The notes under the pieces: model-generated
Told to the model about the DNA's origin: nothing
What the model saw: only the letters and a program-made list of their open reading frames with translations
The model's database searches: none
In this document: positions 1 to 7,417 of the stretch, piece after piece
How the letters are laid out: every line of letters begins with the position of its first letter
Position numbering within the stretch: position 1 is the stretch's first letter
Program-made: the position numbers and the translations under genes
Origin: an uncultured virus (IMG/VR IMGVR_UViG_3300012041_000021)
Lineage: Duplodnaviria; Heunggongvirae; Uroviricota; Caudoviricetes
Length of the DNA: 20,000 nt
Reading direction: 5' to 3' (one strand)
Virus record (IMG/VR): IMGVR_UViG_3300012041_000021

Positions 1-249
1 GAAGATTACACCGACTGTACTATAGAACAAAACATGGAAGATTTTCTGTATAATTTAGGACTCTATAATGACGCAAAAGACCGCGTTTTATTTGAGGGAG
101 AACATGGATTATATGATGATTGGTGTTTACAACTAGAAGATGGGACTCTTATAGAAAATGTAAAAAAGTTACATAAAATGACCATTGAAGATTTAACCTT
201 CCATGAGTTAACATTAACTGAATCAGCAATTAAACAATTAGGAATTTAA
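1..249 (+). CDS. Hypothetical phage protein, probably 5'-truncated by the window edge
   Basis: The frame of ORF 34..249 is open back to base 1 (EDYTDCTIEQN-M...). Stop TAA at 247-249; next ATG at 252. Confidence 0.65.
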   Translation, partial: EDYTDCTIEQNMEDFLYNLGLYNDAKDRVLFEGEHGLYDDWCLQLEDGTLIENVKKLHKMTIEDLTFHELTLTESAIKQLGI

Positions 250-251
250 AG

Positions 252-584
252 ATGAAAAAGACAGAAGTAAAAACAAATTTCCTTCACAGGTACATATTAC
301 CGAGAAGAGAATATACTGTTAGAGCATTGACGGACAATAGAGACGAGTTTGCAATAGAGGAAGTTTATTATATTTTAAGTATGGCTATTTGGCACACGTT
401 CCACATAGAGGATGAGAAGTTGGGAAAACCTTTCAATACTTTTTTTCAGGCGTTAAGAGAGAGTGAGGAATTGGAAGCTGTGGAAAAAGCAAAAGTACTT
501 GATAGAGAAATCAAATTCATTTGGGTTTGTGTGGGGTTTTTAATGACAATTGCCGGATGGAGTTTAATTGAATATGTTTTATAA
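252..584 (+). CDS. Hypothetical protein with a C-terminal transmembrane helix
   Basis: 110 aa with a hydrophobic C-terminus (FIWVCVGFLMTIAGWSLI). Tightly packed between neighbours. Confidence 0.7.
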   Translation: MKKTEVKTNFLHRYILPRREYTVRALTDNRDEFAIEEVYYILSMAIWHTFHIEDEKLGKPFNTFFQALRESEELEAVEKAKVLDREIKFIWVCVGFLMTIAGWSLIEYVL

Positions 585-586
585 GT

Positions 587-952
587 ATGGAAGAAAGATT
601 AGTAGGTTATGATGTAGCTAAAGCAGCTAAATGGAAATTTATTGAATTTAACACACGACACGGATTTAATGAACCAACTAAAGAAGCGTTTGATGGGGGT
701 AACGTATCAAATTGGAGTTTACTTAGGAAGTTTATTTCAAGACCAACACAATCTGTTGTTCAGGCGTACTTAAGAGATAACCATAATCTAAAAGTTTATG
801 TTGTCCCTCACTACGATAATGAGCACTACAACAGTTACATATTAAACAAAGAGGTAAGCTACAATAAAGAGCATTACGACCTATCATTTAAAACCTATGA
901 AGACGCATTAGAAGCAGGATTAGAAGAAGCATTAAATTTAATAGAAAATTAA
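587..952 (+). CDS. Conserved-looking phage hypothetical protein
   Basis: 121 aa. PTQSxxQxxLR..HN and TYEDALEAGLEEAL resemble, from memory, a family common in Bacteroidota phages. Confidence 0.75.
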   Translation: MEERLVGYDVAKAAKWKFIEFNTRHGFNEPTKEAFDGGNVSNWSLLRKFISRPTQSVVQAYLRDNHNLKVYVVPHYDNEHYNSYILNKEVSYNKEHYDLSFKTYEDALEAGLEEALNLIEN

Positions 953-962
953 AGCGGAGAGC

Positions 963-1661
963 ATGAAAGTAGAGTTAGTAGCAAAAACAGTAGGAGTAGG
1001 TAAATATGAAAACCTATCTTCAGAAGAAATTGTGTCGGCAATTGCACGACATGGAGTTGTAAAAGAAGACAACGGTAAATTAGTTAAATACTTAATGTCT
1101 AACGCTCATTGGAGTCCTTTAGACATGATTAACTTCGTAGTTGAAGTAGAAACAAGTAGAGCAATTGGGAGACAGATTTTGCGCCACGCAAGTATTAAAT
1201 TTCAAGAGCATAGTCAAAGATATTCTGATAGAGTTCAGTTTGAACCAATTGAGTTTAGGATGGAACACCCGACAAACAGACAGAGTAGTACAGACATCAT
1301 CGGTACTTTAGAAATCAAAGAGAAGTCTTTCAGTACAGATGTTTTAGATGGATTTGAAGAACATCAAGATTTTTTAGAAGAAATTGGTTACTATTTAAAA
1401 AATGTTCAAAAACTTTACAAAGAAGGTTTAGAAAAAGGGATTGCAAAAGAGTGTATGAGAAGCATACTTCCTGAATGTACTACATCAACGTTATCAGCTA
1501 ATGGTACATTACGTTCTTGGTTAAGTTTCTTAAATGTTCGTTGTGACCATCATGCTCAAAAAGAGTGTCAAGACCTTGCTACTCTAATCGGAGAAGCTTT
1601 AGAAAAAGAAATGCCTAATGTGTTTTCTACTATTGAATGGAGAACCGGAATGTTCATGTAA
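963..1661 (+). CDS. thyX: FAD-dependent thymidylate synthase ThyX
   Basis: HWSPLDM, SRAIGRQILRHASIKFQEHSQRY (ThyX RHxxxSxxxxSxRY signature), GIAKECMRSILP, NGTLRSWLSFLNVR and HAQKE are all ThyX-typical. Confidence 0.95.
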   Translation: MKVELVAKTVGVGKYENLSSEEIVSAIARHGVVKEDNGKLVKYLMSNAHWSPLDMINFVVEVETSRAIGRQILRHASIKFQEHSQRYSDRVQFEPIEFRMEHPTNRQSSTDIIGTLEIKEKSFSTDVLDGFEEHQDFLEEIGYYLKNVQKLYKEGLEKGIAKECMRSILPECTTSTLSANGTLRSWLSFLNVRCDHHAQKECQDLATLIGEALEKEMPNVFSTIEWRTGMFM

Positions 1662-1665
1662 GCGT

Positions 1666-1974
1666 ATGGAAGTAATAGAAGTTATTAAGGAGTTAGCTAG
1701 AAGAGGTATATCCACTTCAGTATGGTATGACGATGATGTGAGGGAGTTAATATATTTTGATTTAAACACCGGGGCTAAAAGTAATCTTTATCTTTTTGAA
1801 GATGGTGTTATAAAAGGAAGGTATGGATATGAAAGCGTCATTGACTTAGGAGAAGATTTAGAAGACATTATACACTCACTTTGTTACGAGTTTAAACGCT
1901 CACTACATGGAAGAGATTATGGTAACGGAGATTGGTTTCAATTGTGTAAAACATTAAAAATAAAAACAAGTTAA
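1666..1974 (+). CDS. Hypothetical protein (start revised from 1618 to 1666)
   Basis: ATG at 1666 lies 4 nt after the thyX stop and avoids a 44-nt overlap. 102 aa, MEVIEVIKEL... Confidence 0.75.
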   Translation: MEVIEVIKELARRGISTSVWYDDDVRELIYFDLNTGAKSNLYLFEDGVIKGRYGYESVIDLGEDLEDIIHSLCYEFKRSLHGRDYGNGDWFQLCKTLKIKTS

Positions 1975-1975
1975 C

Positions 1976-2314
1976 ATGAAATTTTATAAAGTAGTAGAAA
2001 ATATAGAAGCAAAACACTTCAAGATAAATAAAGGAGATATTATATGCAACAGTTTTTATTTTGGGTGGGTTAAGTGCGCCACAAATAAAACAAAAACAGC
2101 CCATTTATGGAGTTATTTTTTTAACCCGTTAGAATGTTTAGAGGCAGGACTATTAAAACCGCTAGATAAATGGGATTTAGTAAAGCTTACACCTCATTTA
2201 AAGAAAGAAATGTTAAAGTTTGACTATCCATTCAGTTTAAAAAATGACGAGTTTAAAACTTTAGAAGAAATTAAAAACATTAAAGATAGGGTTAAAAAAT
2301 ATAAAAATAGATAA
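1976..2314 (+). CDS. Hypothetical protein
   Basis: 112-aa Lys-rich ORF starting 1 nt after the upstream stop. Confidence 0.7.
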   Translation: MKFYKVVENIEAKHFKINKGDIICNSFYFGWVKCATNKTKTAHLWSYFFNPLECLEAGLLKPLDKWDLVKLTPHLKKEMLKFDYPFSLKNDEFKTLEEIKNIKDRVKKYKNR

Positions 2315-2315
2315 T

Positions 2316-2477
2316 ATGGACAGTCAACAGAGATTTTACATGGATGACAGTTTCGGTACAGAGCCGGAAGTTATTTTAACAGCAAACATAGAAAATATTT
2401 TAGAGCAGTATAGATTACTCTCCATCGAAGAGAAGGTTATATGTTGCCGAGTAATAATTAACGAAAAGATTTTTTAA
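2316..2477 (+). CDS. Small hypothetical protein (53 aa, not in ORF track)
   Basis: Manual translation MDSQQRFYMDDSFGTEPEVILTANIENILEQYRLLSIEEKVICCRVIINEKIF. Starts 1 nt after the upstream stop and ends just before a promoter. Confidence 0.6.
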   Translation: MDSQQRFYMDDSFGTEPEVILTANIENILEQYRLLSIEEKVICCRVIINEKIF

Positions 2478-2483
2478 ATTTTT

Positions 2484-2515
2484 CTTGCCGGATTAAAAAT
2501 TAATTAGTACATTTA
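2484..2515 (+). promoter_or_regulatory. Bacteroidota sigma-A-type promoter (near consensus)
   Basis: CTTG (2484-2487), N20, TACATTTA (2508-2515; one mismatch to TAnnTTTG). Intergenic, upstream of 2533. Confidence 0.65.
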
Positions 2516-2532
2516 CAAAAAATAAAGAAAAC

Positions 2533-2811
2533 ATGAACAGAAAACAATTATTAGAAAGCTCTATAACAGAGCAAAAAAATGTAGATACAGTAATCGCTAT
2601 CACATTAAAGAAAGATGCTAAAACTATTAACAAGGCTAAGAGAGACTTGGAAGACCAACTTGAAGAAGCTGAAGAAGCTTTGGAAGAAAGATTATCTTCT
2701 GACGTACCTTTAGATAAGTCCGTAGTTGAAGTGACTTATTCTAAGATTAAAGATTTGAAAGCTTCTCTAGCTCTTTACAAAGAGTTTGAAAAGGAGTTTT
2801 TAGGAGAGTAA
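2533..2811 (+). CDS. Small coiled-coil protein, apparently monocistronic
   Basis: 92 aa, heptad-like (KAKRDLEDQLEEAEEALEERL). Has its own promoter upstream and a hairpin downstream. Confidence 0.8.
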   Translation: MNRKQLLESSITEQKNVDTVIAITLKKDAKTINKAKRDLEDQLEEAEEALEERLSSDVPLDKSVVEVTYSKIKDLKASLALYKEFEKEFLGE

Positions 2812-2821
2812 TTAACTAATC

Positions 2822-2844
2822 GGGGTGTAAAAACCCCTCTTTTC
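2822..2844 (+). terminator. Putative weak intrinsic terminator
   Basis: GGGGT-gtaaaa-ACCCC stem-loop followed by TCTTTTC. Confidence 0.5.
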
Positions 2845-2852
2845 ACTACACT

Positions 2853-4211
2853 ATGAAAACAATACATTTTGTTACCCCGACTTTACTTTCCTACATAGAT
2901 TTAATGTCTATGGGCGGTTCAGAAAAAGCAGACGACGATACAAAGATTGGGACTTACTGTTCAGGTTTGAAGTTCTCTATGGCTCTAGCTCACAGAAACA
3001 ATGTTAAAATAGGTATTACGGTCTACGACACTGAAGACATCTTTGAAGATGTGGAAGGTATGAACAGAGATAGAAAAACTGAATACACTGTTGGAACATA
3101 TACAGAAAGATGTGGACAGACCGGAAAAGAAAAAGAGCTGTTACAATTAACTAAAACTGTTTCAGACCCACGTTTCTTTTCACTTAATTCAGTTGAACCT
3201 ATCTCTCAAGAAATTATCCCTACCGGATTCTCTACCAAGTTAGGTATTGATTGGTCTTTGTGGATGCTTTTAAGAGAAATCTATAGTAACATGGTCGATG
3301 AAGGAGGGGAATATCACGAAATCAGTTGTCCGATTGTTAATTATGGAACAGTTGTTTCTCTTAGTTTTGAAGAGGGTAGCGAGTTTGATGAAATTTGGAA
3401 TAATCGTCATCTTTACATTAATGAGGAAGAGCCTTTGTACGTCATCTCTCCTTCAGTGGATGTTTTAGCGAATGAGGAAGGATATCTTAGAATCTATAAA
3501 CAGAACATTCTAGTTTATGAAGATAAAGAAATTCCAAGTAGATTTGCTTACAATGTAAGGTTCGGGAGTATAGATGAGAAAAGGATTTTATCTGACGCTT
3601 ATTGTGTAGAAGGAGATATAGTTAATGCTATTAAGAACACTAAGAATGAGGAGTATCTTAGAGAAATCATAGATTCAACTTTTCATTGTGCAGAGAAAGA
3701 GTTTCTTTCAAGTAGAAGTACTTACGGGTCTGCTTCCGATTTAATTCATGACATAGCTTGTGAAATCTATGAAGAGTGCGGAGAAGTTAAATCTTATAGT
3801 TGGGTTATCAACTTGATTAAGGAAAGAGAAGATTGTAAAATTGCCGGAAAGAAACTTAAGTCAGTTGGGGATAGTATTTGGGCTTACAGTACTACTGTTG
3901 AAGTACAAAGTGCTCCTGAAACTTTCTCTACACCGGAAGTGATTGAAACAGAAGAAGAAGTTTTTGAAGATTCTTTTGTCGCGGAAATTAGAAAACACTA
4001 TAACTTTGATTTAGATGTTGAAGTTAAAATGGCTAAATTGAAAGGAAGTAAAGTTATTGCAGACAAGTACTGTAAATGCTTAATCATTGACGATTCTTTT
4101 GATTTACAGGAAGACTTCCCCGAATTTATTGTGCAGTATTTAGACTTAACTAGACAAGGTAACGTAGTTGAGAATTTATCTGTTTTTATTTGTGAACTTT
4201 TAAAAAAATAA
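2853..4211 (+). CDS. GHKL (HATPase_c/Hsp90-like) ATPase-like protein with permuted motif order
   Basis: MGGSEK..DTKIGTYCSGLK (G2/ATP-lid-like, aa 20-40), LREIYSNMVDE (N-box ExxxNxxD, aa 140-150) and GTVVSL (G3-like, aa 165-170). Acidic C-terminal region. Confidence 0.6.
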   Translation: MKTIHFVTPTLLSYIDLMSMGGSEKADDDTKIGTYCSGLKFSMALAHRNNVKIGITVYDTEDIFEDVEGMNRDRKTEYTVGTYTERCGQTGKEKELLQLTKTVSDPRFFSLNSVEPISQEIIPTGFSTKLGIDWSLWMLLREIYSNMVDEGGEYHEISCPIVNYGTVVSLSFEEGSEFDEIWNNRHLYINEEEPLYVISPSVDVLANEEGYLRIYKQNILVYEDKEIPSRFAYNVRFGSIDEKRILSDAYCVEGDIVNAIKNTKNEEYLREIIDSTFHCAEKEFLSSRSTYGSASDLIHDIACEIYEECGEVKSYSWVINLIKEREDCKIAGKKLKSVGDSIWAYSTTVEVQSAPETFSTPEVIETEEEVFEDSFVAEIRKHYNFDLDVEVKMAKLKGSKVIADKYCKCLIIDDSFDLQEDFPEFIVQYLDLTRQGNVVENLSVFICELLKK

Positions 4212-4213
4212 AC

Positions 4214-4369
4214 ATGTATAAATATAAAATAGCTTGGGTAAAGAAGAATAAATATCAAATCATAGAGTACGTGGAAGATGGAGAAGAAGTGTTCTTAAAA
4301 GTTGTATTTACCGGAAACATAAACGAAGTGGAAGAACAATTAAAATGGTTAAGAAATGGAAAGCTTTAA
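4214..4369 (+). CDS. Small hypothetical protein (51 aa, not in ORF track)
   Basis: MYKYKIAWVKKNKYQIIEYVEDGEEVFLKVVFTGNINEVEEQLKWLRNGKL. Fills the gap and overlaps the next start. Confidence 0.65.
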   Translation: MYKYKIAWVKKNKYQIIEYVEDGEEVFLKVVFTGNINEVEEQLKWLRNGKL

Positions 4370-4625
4370 AGCGTATAGACACCGGAATAATCCACAGGAA
4401 AAACTTCTACATGACAAGTTTTTGGAACAATATATTAACGAAACTTATCTAGATTTTTTAATATTTCCTGCCGAAGATGGGGATGACGGTATGTTTATCT
4501 CCACCGACACATTAAGTAAAAGAGAACAGAAAATTGTCTTAAGTACGGTGCAATGGTTAGGTAGTCCTCTAGGTAGACAGTTTTTAAGTAGTTGCGGATA
4601 TAAATTAGAAAAAGATGGAGAATAA
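4356..4625 (+). CDS. Conserved-looking phage hypothetical protein
   Basis: 89 aa. NPQEK...STVQWLGSPLGRQFL resembles, from memory, a widespread phage family. Confidence 0.75.
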   Translation: MESFKAYRHRNNPQEKLLHDKFLEQYINETYLDFLIFPAEDGDDGMFISTDTLSKREQKIVLSTVQWLGSPLGRQFLSSCGYKLEKDGE

Positions 4626-4764
4626 ATTATGGGGAGTATATTCTCCCGAAGATGAACTATTAGCTGTTCACTCTACAGAAGATGGCGCAGAATTAAATTT
4701 CGGTAGATATTTAAGACAACATGGAGAAGGGTTTTACGTAGATATTGTTGTAGTGCATGACTAA
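4615..4764 (+). CDS. Small hypothetical protein (49 aa, not in ORF track)
   Basis: MENKLWGVYSPEDELLAVHSTEDGAELNFGRYLRQHGEGFYVDIVVVHD. Overlap-coupled on both sides. Confidence 0.65.
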   Translation: MENKLWGVYSPEDELLAVHSTEDGAELNFGRYLRQHGEGFYVDIVVVHD

Positions 4765-4903
4765 GTATTATTTAACAGAACCGCAAATTAATTTCATCTT
4801 TTCGCACAAATATTTGGTAGTAGATAAAAAACGCTTTATCTTTGATGCCGAGAAAATAAAACTTTTGAGGAAGTTGTTTAAAAAAAGTAAGTATTATAAG
4901 TAA
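4757..4903 (+). CDS. Small basic hypothetical protein (48 aa, not in ORF track)
   Basis: MTKYYLTEPQINFIFSHKYLVVDKKRFIFDAEKIKLLRKLFKKSKYYK. ATGACTAA overlap upstream and TAATG overlap with 4903. Contains an embedded promoter. Confidence 0.5.
   Translation: MTKYYLTEPQINFIFSHKYLVVDKKRFIFDAEKIKLLRKLFKKSKYYK
4813..4844 (+). promoter_or_regulatory. Bacteroidota sigma-A-type promoter (perfect consensus)
   Basis: TTTG (4813-4816), N20, TATCTTTG (4837-4844). Confidence 0.75.
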
Positions 4904-5262
4904 TGGTCATAATAGATAAGATAGTAATGTCTGAAGAAGACAAGGAGAAAATAAAGATTGGTAATTGGTATGTTTCAAAAAAAGGGATACGTACTGCGGA
5001 GAACTCATTTCCGCAAGGAACAAAGTTCAGGATATCCGCATTCAGGGAACAACATAATCCGGCTTTATTTACATACTCTTATGTGCATAGAGCTCATGTA
5101 AGAAATGAGTTGATAATAGAAATGTATTGTCCAATTGGAGAGCTACACACTTCATATCACTCAGAAAGATTCTTTGAAGAATTTGAAGAATTGTCTTATA
5201 AGATAAAAAGATTTTCTCTTTTCGGTTATATTGTCGATATTTACAAATACAAAATATGCTAA
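4903..5262 (+). CDS. Hypothetical protein
   Basis: 119-aa ORF overlap-coupled to the next gene. The start could be the internal Met at 4927. Confidence 0.7.
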   Translation: MVIIDKIVMSEEDKEKIKIGNWYVSKKGIRTAENSFPQGTKFRISAFREQHNPALFTYSYVHRAHVRNELIIEMYCPIGELHTSYHSERFFEEFEELSYKIKRFSLFGYIVDIYKYKIC

Positions 5263-5465
5263 CAGTTAAAAGTATTACCGGAGATAAGAAAAGAATAGAG
5301 GTTGAGTTTAATGAAGGTCATTCTGCTCATTTTTACTCTTTCGGGCACGCTATTTATTCATCAGTCAGTGACAATTTAAATAAAGCGAGTTTACAGGAGT
5401 TTAAAAAGAGTATTGAAGAGTGTGATTGGGATGTAAAAAAACTAGAAGAAATATGGAAAATTTAA
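5256..5465 (+). CDS. Hypothetical protein
   Basis: 69-aa ORF with an ATGCTAA overlap with the upstream gene. Confidence 0.7.
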   Translation: MLTVKSITGDKKRIEVEFNEGHSAHFYSFGHAIYSSVSDNLNKASLQEFKKSIEECDWDVKKLEEIWKI

Positions 5466-5475
5466 AAAGAAGAAA

Positions 5476-5829
5476 ATGAGCAATTACCAAGATTTAGAGC
5501 AAAAAGTATTAGAGTGGGCAGATGATAAAGGTATCCTAGAGAAAGCCACTCCCTTAGCTCAAGCTAAGAAAACAGTGGAAGAAGTTAATGAACTTTTAGA
5601 AGCTACGGAAGCACAAGCAAACGGGTTAGTAGAGTTTGTAAATAGTAAGGGTAAACTAGTTAATACTGAAGTGGAATGTAAAGATGCTTTAGGAGATATC
5701 TTAGTAACTATTATTATTGGTGCTGAATTACAAGGCTTGCAGTTAGAAGATTGCCTAGAAGCTGCTTATAATATCATCTCTAAACGTACAGGGAAGATGG
5801 TTGACGGACAGTTTGTAAAAGATAAATAA
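5476..5829 (+). CDS. MazG-like all-alpha NTP pyrophosphohydrolase
   Basis: QAKKTVEEVNELLEA...KDALGDILVT (EExxE...DxxGD metal motif), plus C-terminal AYNIISKRTGKMVDGQFVK typical of phage MazG-like proteins. Confidence 0.9.
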   Translation: MSNYQDLEQKVLEWADDKGILEKATPLAQAKKTVEEVNELLEATEAQANGLVEFVNSKGKLVNTEVECKDALGDILVTIIIGAELQGLQLEDCLEAAYNIISKRTGKMVDGQFVKDK

Positions 5830-5836
5830 AGTTTTT

Positions 5837-5868
5837 CTTGTATATATAAAGAATAAGTAGTACATTTG
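5837..5868 (+). promoter_or_regulatory. Bacteroidota sigma-A-type promoter
   Basis: CTTG (5837-5840), N20, TACATTTG (5861-5868). Intergenic. Confidence 0.8.
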
Positions 5869-5883
5869 TAAAAAATAAGAGAT

Positions 5884-6063
5884 ATGGAAAATTTTGCAAA
5901 GAAAATAAGTAGTCACTTAACATCAGCAGACTATAGGCTAATGTGCACTAAAGAGGGGGTAGAGAATATTTTAAAAGGGTACGGATATCCTTTAAAAGTT
6001 GGAGAGTTGAATGACTCAAATTGGGAAGAGATTAGTAATATTTTAATAGATGGATGTCTTTAA
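5884..6063 (+). CDS. Small hypothetical protein (59 aa, not in ORF track)
   Basis: MENFAKKISSHLTSADYRLMCTKEGVENILKGYGYPLKVGELNDSNWEEISNILIDGCL. First ORF after a promoter. Confidence 0.7.
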   Translation: MENFAKKISSHLTSADYRLMCTKEGVENILKGYGYPLKVGELNDSNWEEISNILIDGCL

Positions 6064-6064
6064 A

Positions 6065-6208
6065 ATGGAAAAAGTAATTTACATGGAGTCAACCATCAAA
6101 CTGATGGCTCAAGAAGAGATTAAAGTGTTGTTAGACAATCCCGATGGGAACAAAGAGACCAAATTCTTAGAAGAGGTTGGTCATTATTTAGTAATTAAAA
6201 ACGAATAG
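6065..6208 (+). CDS. Small hypothetical protein (47 aa, not in ORF track)
   Basis: MEKVIYMESTIKLMAQEEIKVLLDNPDGNKETKFLEEVGHYLVIKNE. Separated from its neighbours by 1 nt and 2 nt. Confidence 0.65.
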   Translation: MEKVIYMESTIKLMAQEEIKVLLDNPDGNKETKFLEEVGHYLVIKNE

Positions 6209-6210
6209 TT

Positions 6211-6435
6211 ATGGCAAACGTAAGAACAAGTCACTCCGACGATAGTGATTTCATTAAACACATTATTGATTCTACTGTTTTAGAATCAGCAATAGATTTT
6301 ATTACAGAAAAATACTCTGCTGAAGATTTATATGGTAAGCAGATAATGGAAGAGTGGGCTTTAGATAATGGTTTTGTCCCTGAAGACAGGATTCAAGAGT
6401 TAGAAGATTTAATTGACGACTTAAAAAACAGATAG
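6211..6435 (+). CDS. Small acidic hypothetical protein
   Basis: 74 aa, about 19 D/E versus 7 K/R. TAGTTATG junctions on both sides. Confidence 0.75.
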   Translation: MANVRTSHSDDSDFIKHIIDSTVLESAIDFITEKYSAEDLYGKQIMEEWALDNGFVPEDRIQELEDLIDDLKNR

Positions 6436-6437
6436 TT

Positions 6438-6533
6438 ATGGTAAAAGGATATTGGTTAGAAGAAGATAGAAACTGCGAAATGCGGTTTGAGTGGAGTCCT
6501 ATAACAGGGTATGTGTATTATACAACAAGTTAG
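6438..6533 (+). CDS. Very small hypothetical protein (31 aa, not in ORF track)
   Basis: MVKGYWLEEDRNCEMRFEWSPITGYVYYTTS. Identical TAGTTATG junctions at both ends. Confidence 0.55.
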   Translation: MVKGYWLEEDRNCEMRFEWSPITGYVYYTTS

Positions 6534-6535
6534 TT

Positions 6536-6799
6536 ATGGAACATGATGATTTTTACAAGTATGATGACGTAAACAAGTGCGAGACGCTTGAAGAGTTAGC
6601 TAAAGTTATTGAGAGCTTTGCAGATGAGAATGGAGATATTCAAGGGAGAACTAAAAAGTTCAGTGCTGCACGTATGGCGGATTTCTGTAGAAGCTACAGT
6701 TTAGATATTCACAACATGTTGACCCGTGAATGGGGTATCAGGCAACAAGCTATGATGATTATATTTTACAATCCTTATAATAAGTCCACTCACGGTTAA
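6536..6799 (+). CDS. Hypothetical protein (start revised from GTG 6491 to ATG 6536)
   Basis: 87 aa, MEHDDFYKY...LTREWGIRQQAM. The start follows a TAGTTATG junction. Confidence 0.75.
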   Translation: MEHDDFYKYDDVNKCETLEELAKVIESFADENGDIQGRTKKFSAARMADFCRSYSLDIHNMLTREWGIRQQAMMIIFYNPYNKSTHG

Positions 6800-6811
6800 A
6801 ATTAGAAAATT

Positions 6812-7417
6812 ATGAGCTATATTAACGTAGAAATTTTAAAAAGTTTTAACCTTAGTCTCGTAGATTTAGGAGTCCTTCAACTTATCAAGCAGAACCGGAC
6901 TGAAAATATGTCCATGTCTTTACAATATCTTTTAGAAGACACTACAGATTTAGTTCGATATGAAGAAGAAAAACTTGTAGAATATGTAAACCCTAAGAAG
7001 AAGAGCGATAGTGTCTACAAATGCGTTAGAATAACTAAGAAGGGCAGTGATATACTAGACAGCATTGCCACTCCTGAAATTACACTTGGAGATGCTCAAA
7101 TGTTGGACTATCTTATCAATATGTACTTAGCACATGAAGATAAAGAACGAGTAGTTGGAAACAAGAAGAAGGTCGCTATGTACATCGCTATAATGCGTGG
7201 CAAATTGAACCTTACTCTCCATCAGTTCTTTTATCTGTGCGAGCTCTTTTTATCGGAACAAAAGTTTACCAAAAAATTAGAGAATATCTTCTTCGATTCT
7301 AATAAGAATAGATATGGAGATTTTAAAAATAATATGGAAGACAGCCCACTGTATCAATTCTACGATAGTAGGAAACTTGAAGTAGAACAATATTGGCAAC
7401 AAAAAATTAAAGAATAA
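6812..7417 (+). CDS. Hypothetical protein, possible replication initiator or helicase loader (winged-helix-like N-terminus)
   Basis: 201 aa directly abutting the helicase. The N-terminal half ends in VRITKKGSDIL, reminiscent of a wHTH wing (LTxKG). The function is inferred from position. Confidence 0.5.
   Translation: MSYINVEILKSFNLSLVDLGVLQLIKQNRTENMSMSLQYLLEDTTDLVRYEEEKLVEYVNPKKKSDSVYKCVRITKKGSDILDSIATPEITLGDAQMLDYLINMYLAHEDKERVVGNKKKVAMYIAIMRGKLNLTLHQFFYLCELFLSEQKFTKKLENIFFDSNKNRYGDFKNNMEDSPLYQFYDSRKLEVEQYWQQKIKE

Noticed and set aside
6065..6799. Stop-codon recoding (TAG read-through as in some crAss-like phages)
   Set aside because: ORFs after TAG start in a different frame (TAG-TT-ATG), and the long genes are intact under the standard code.
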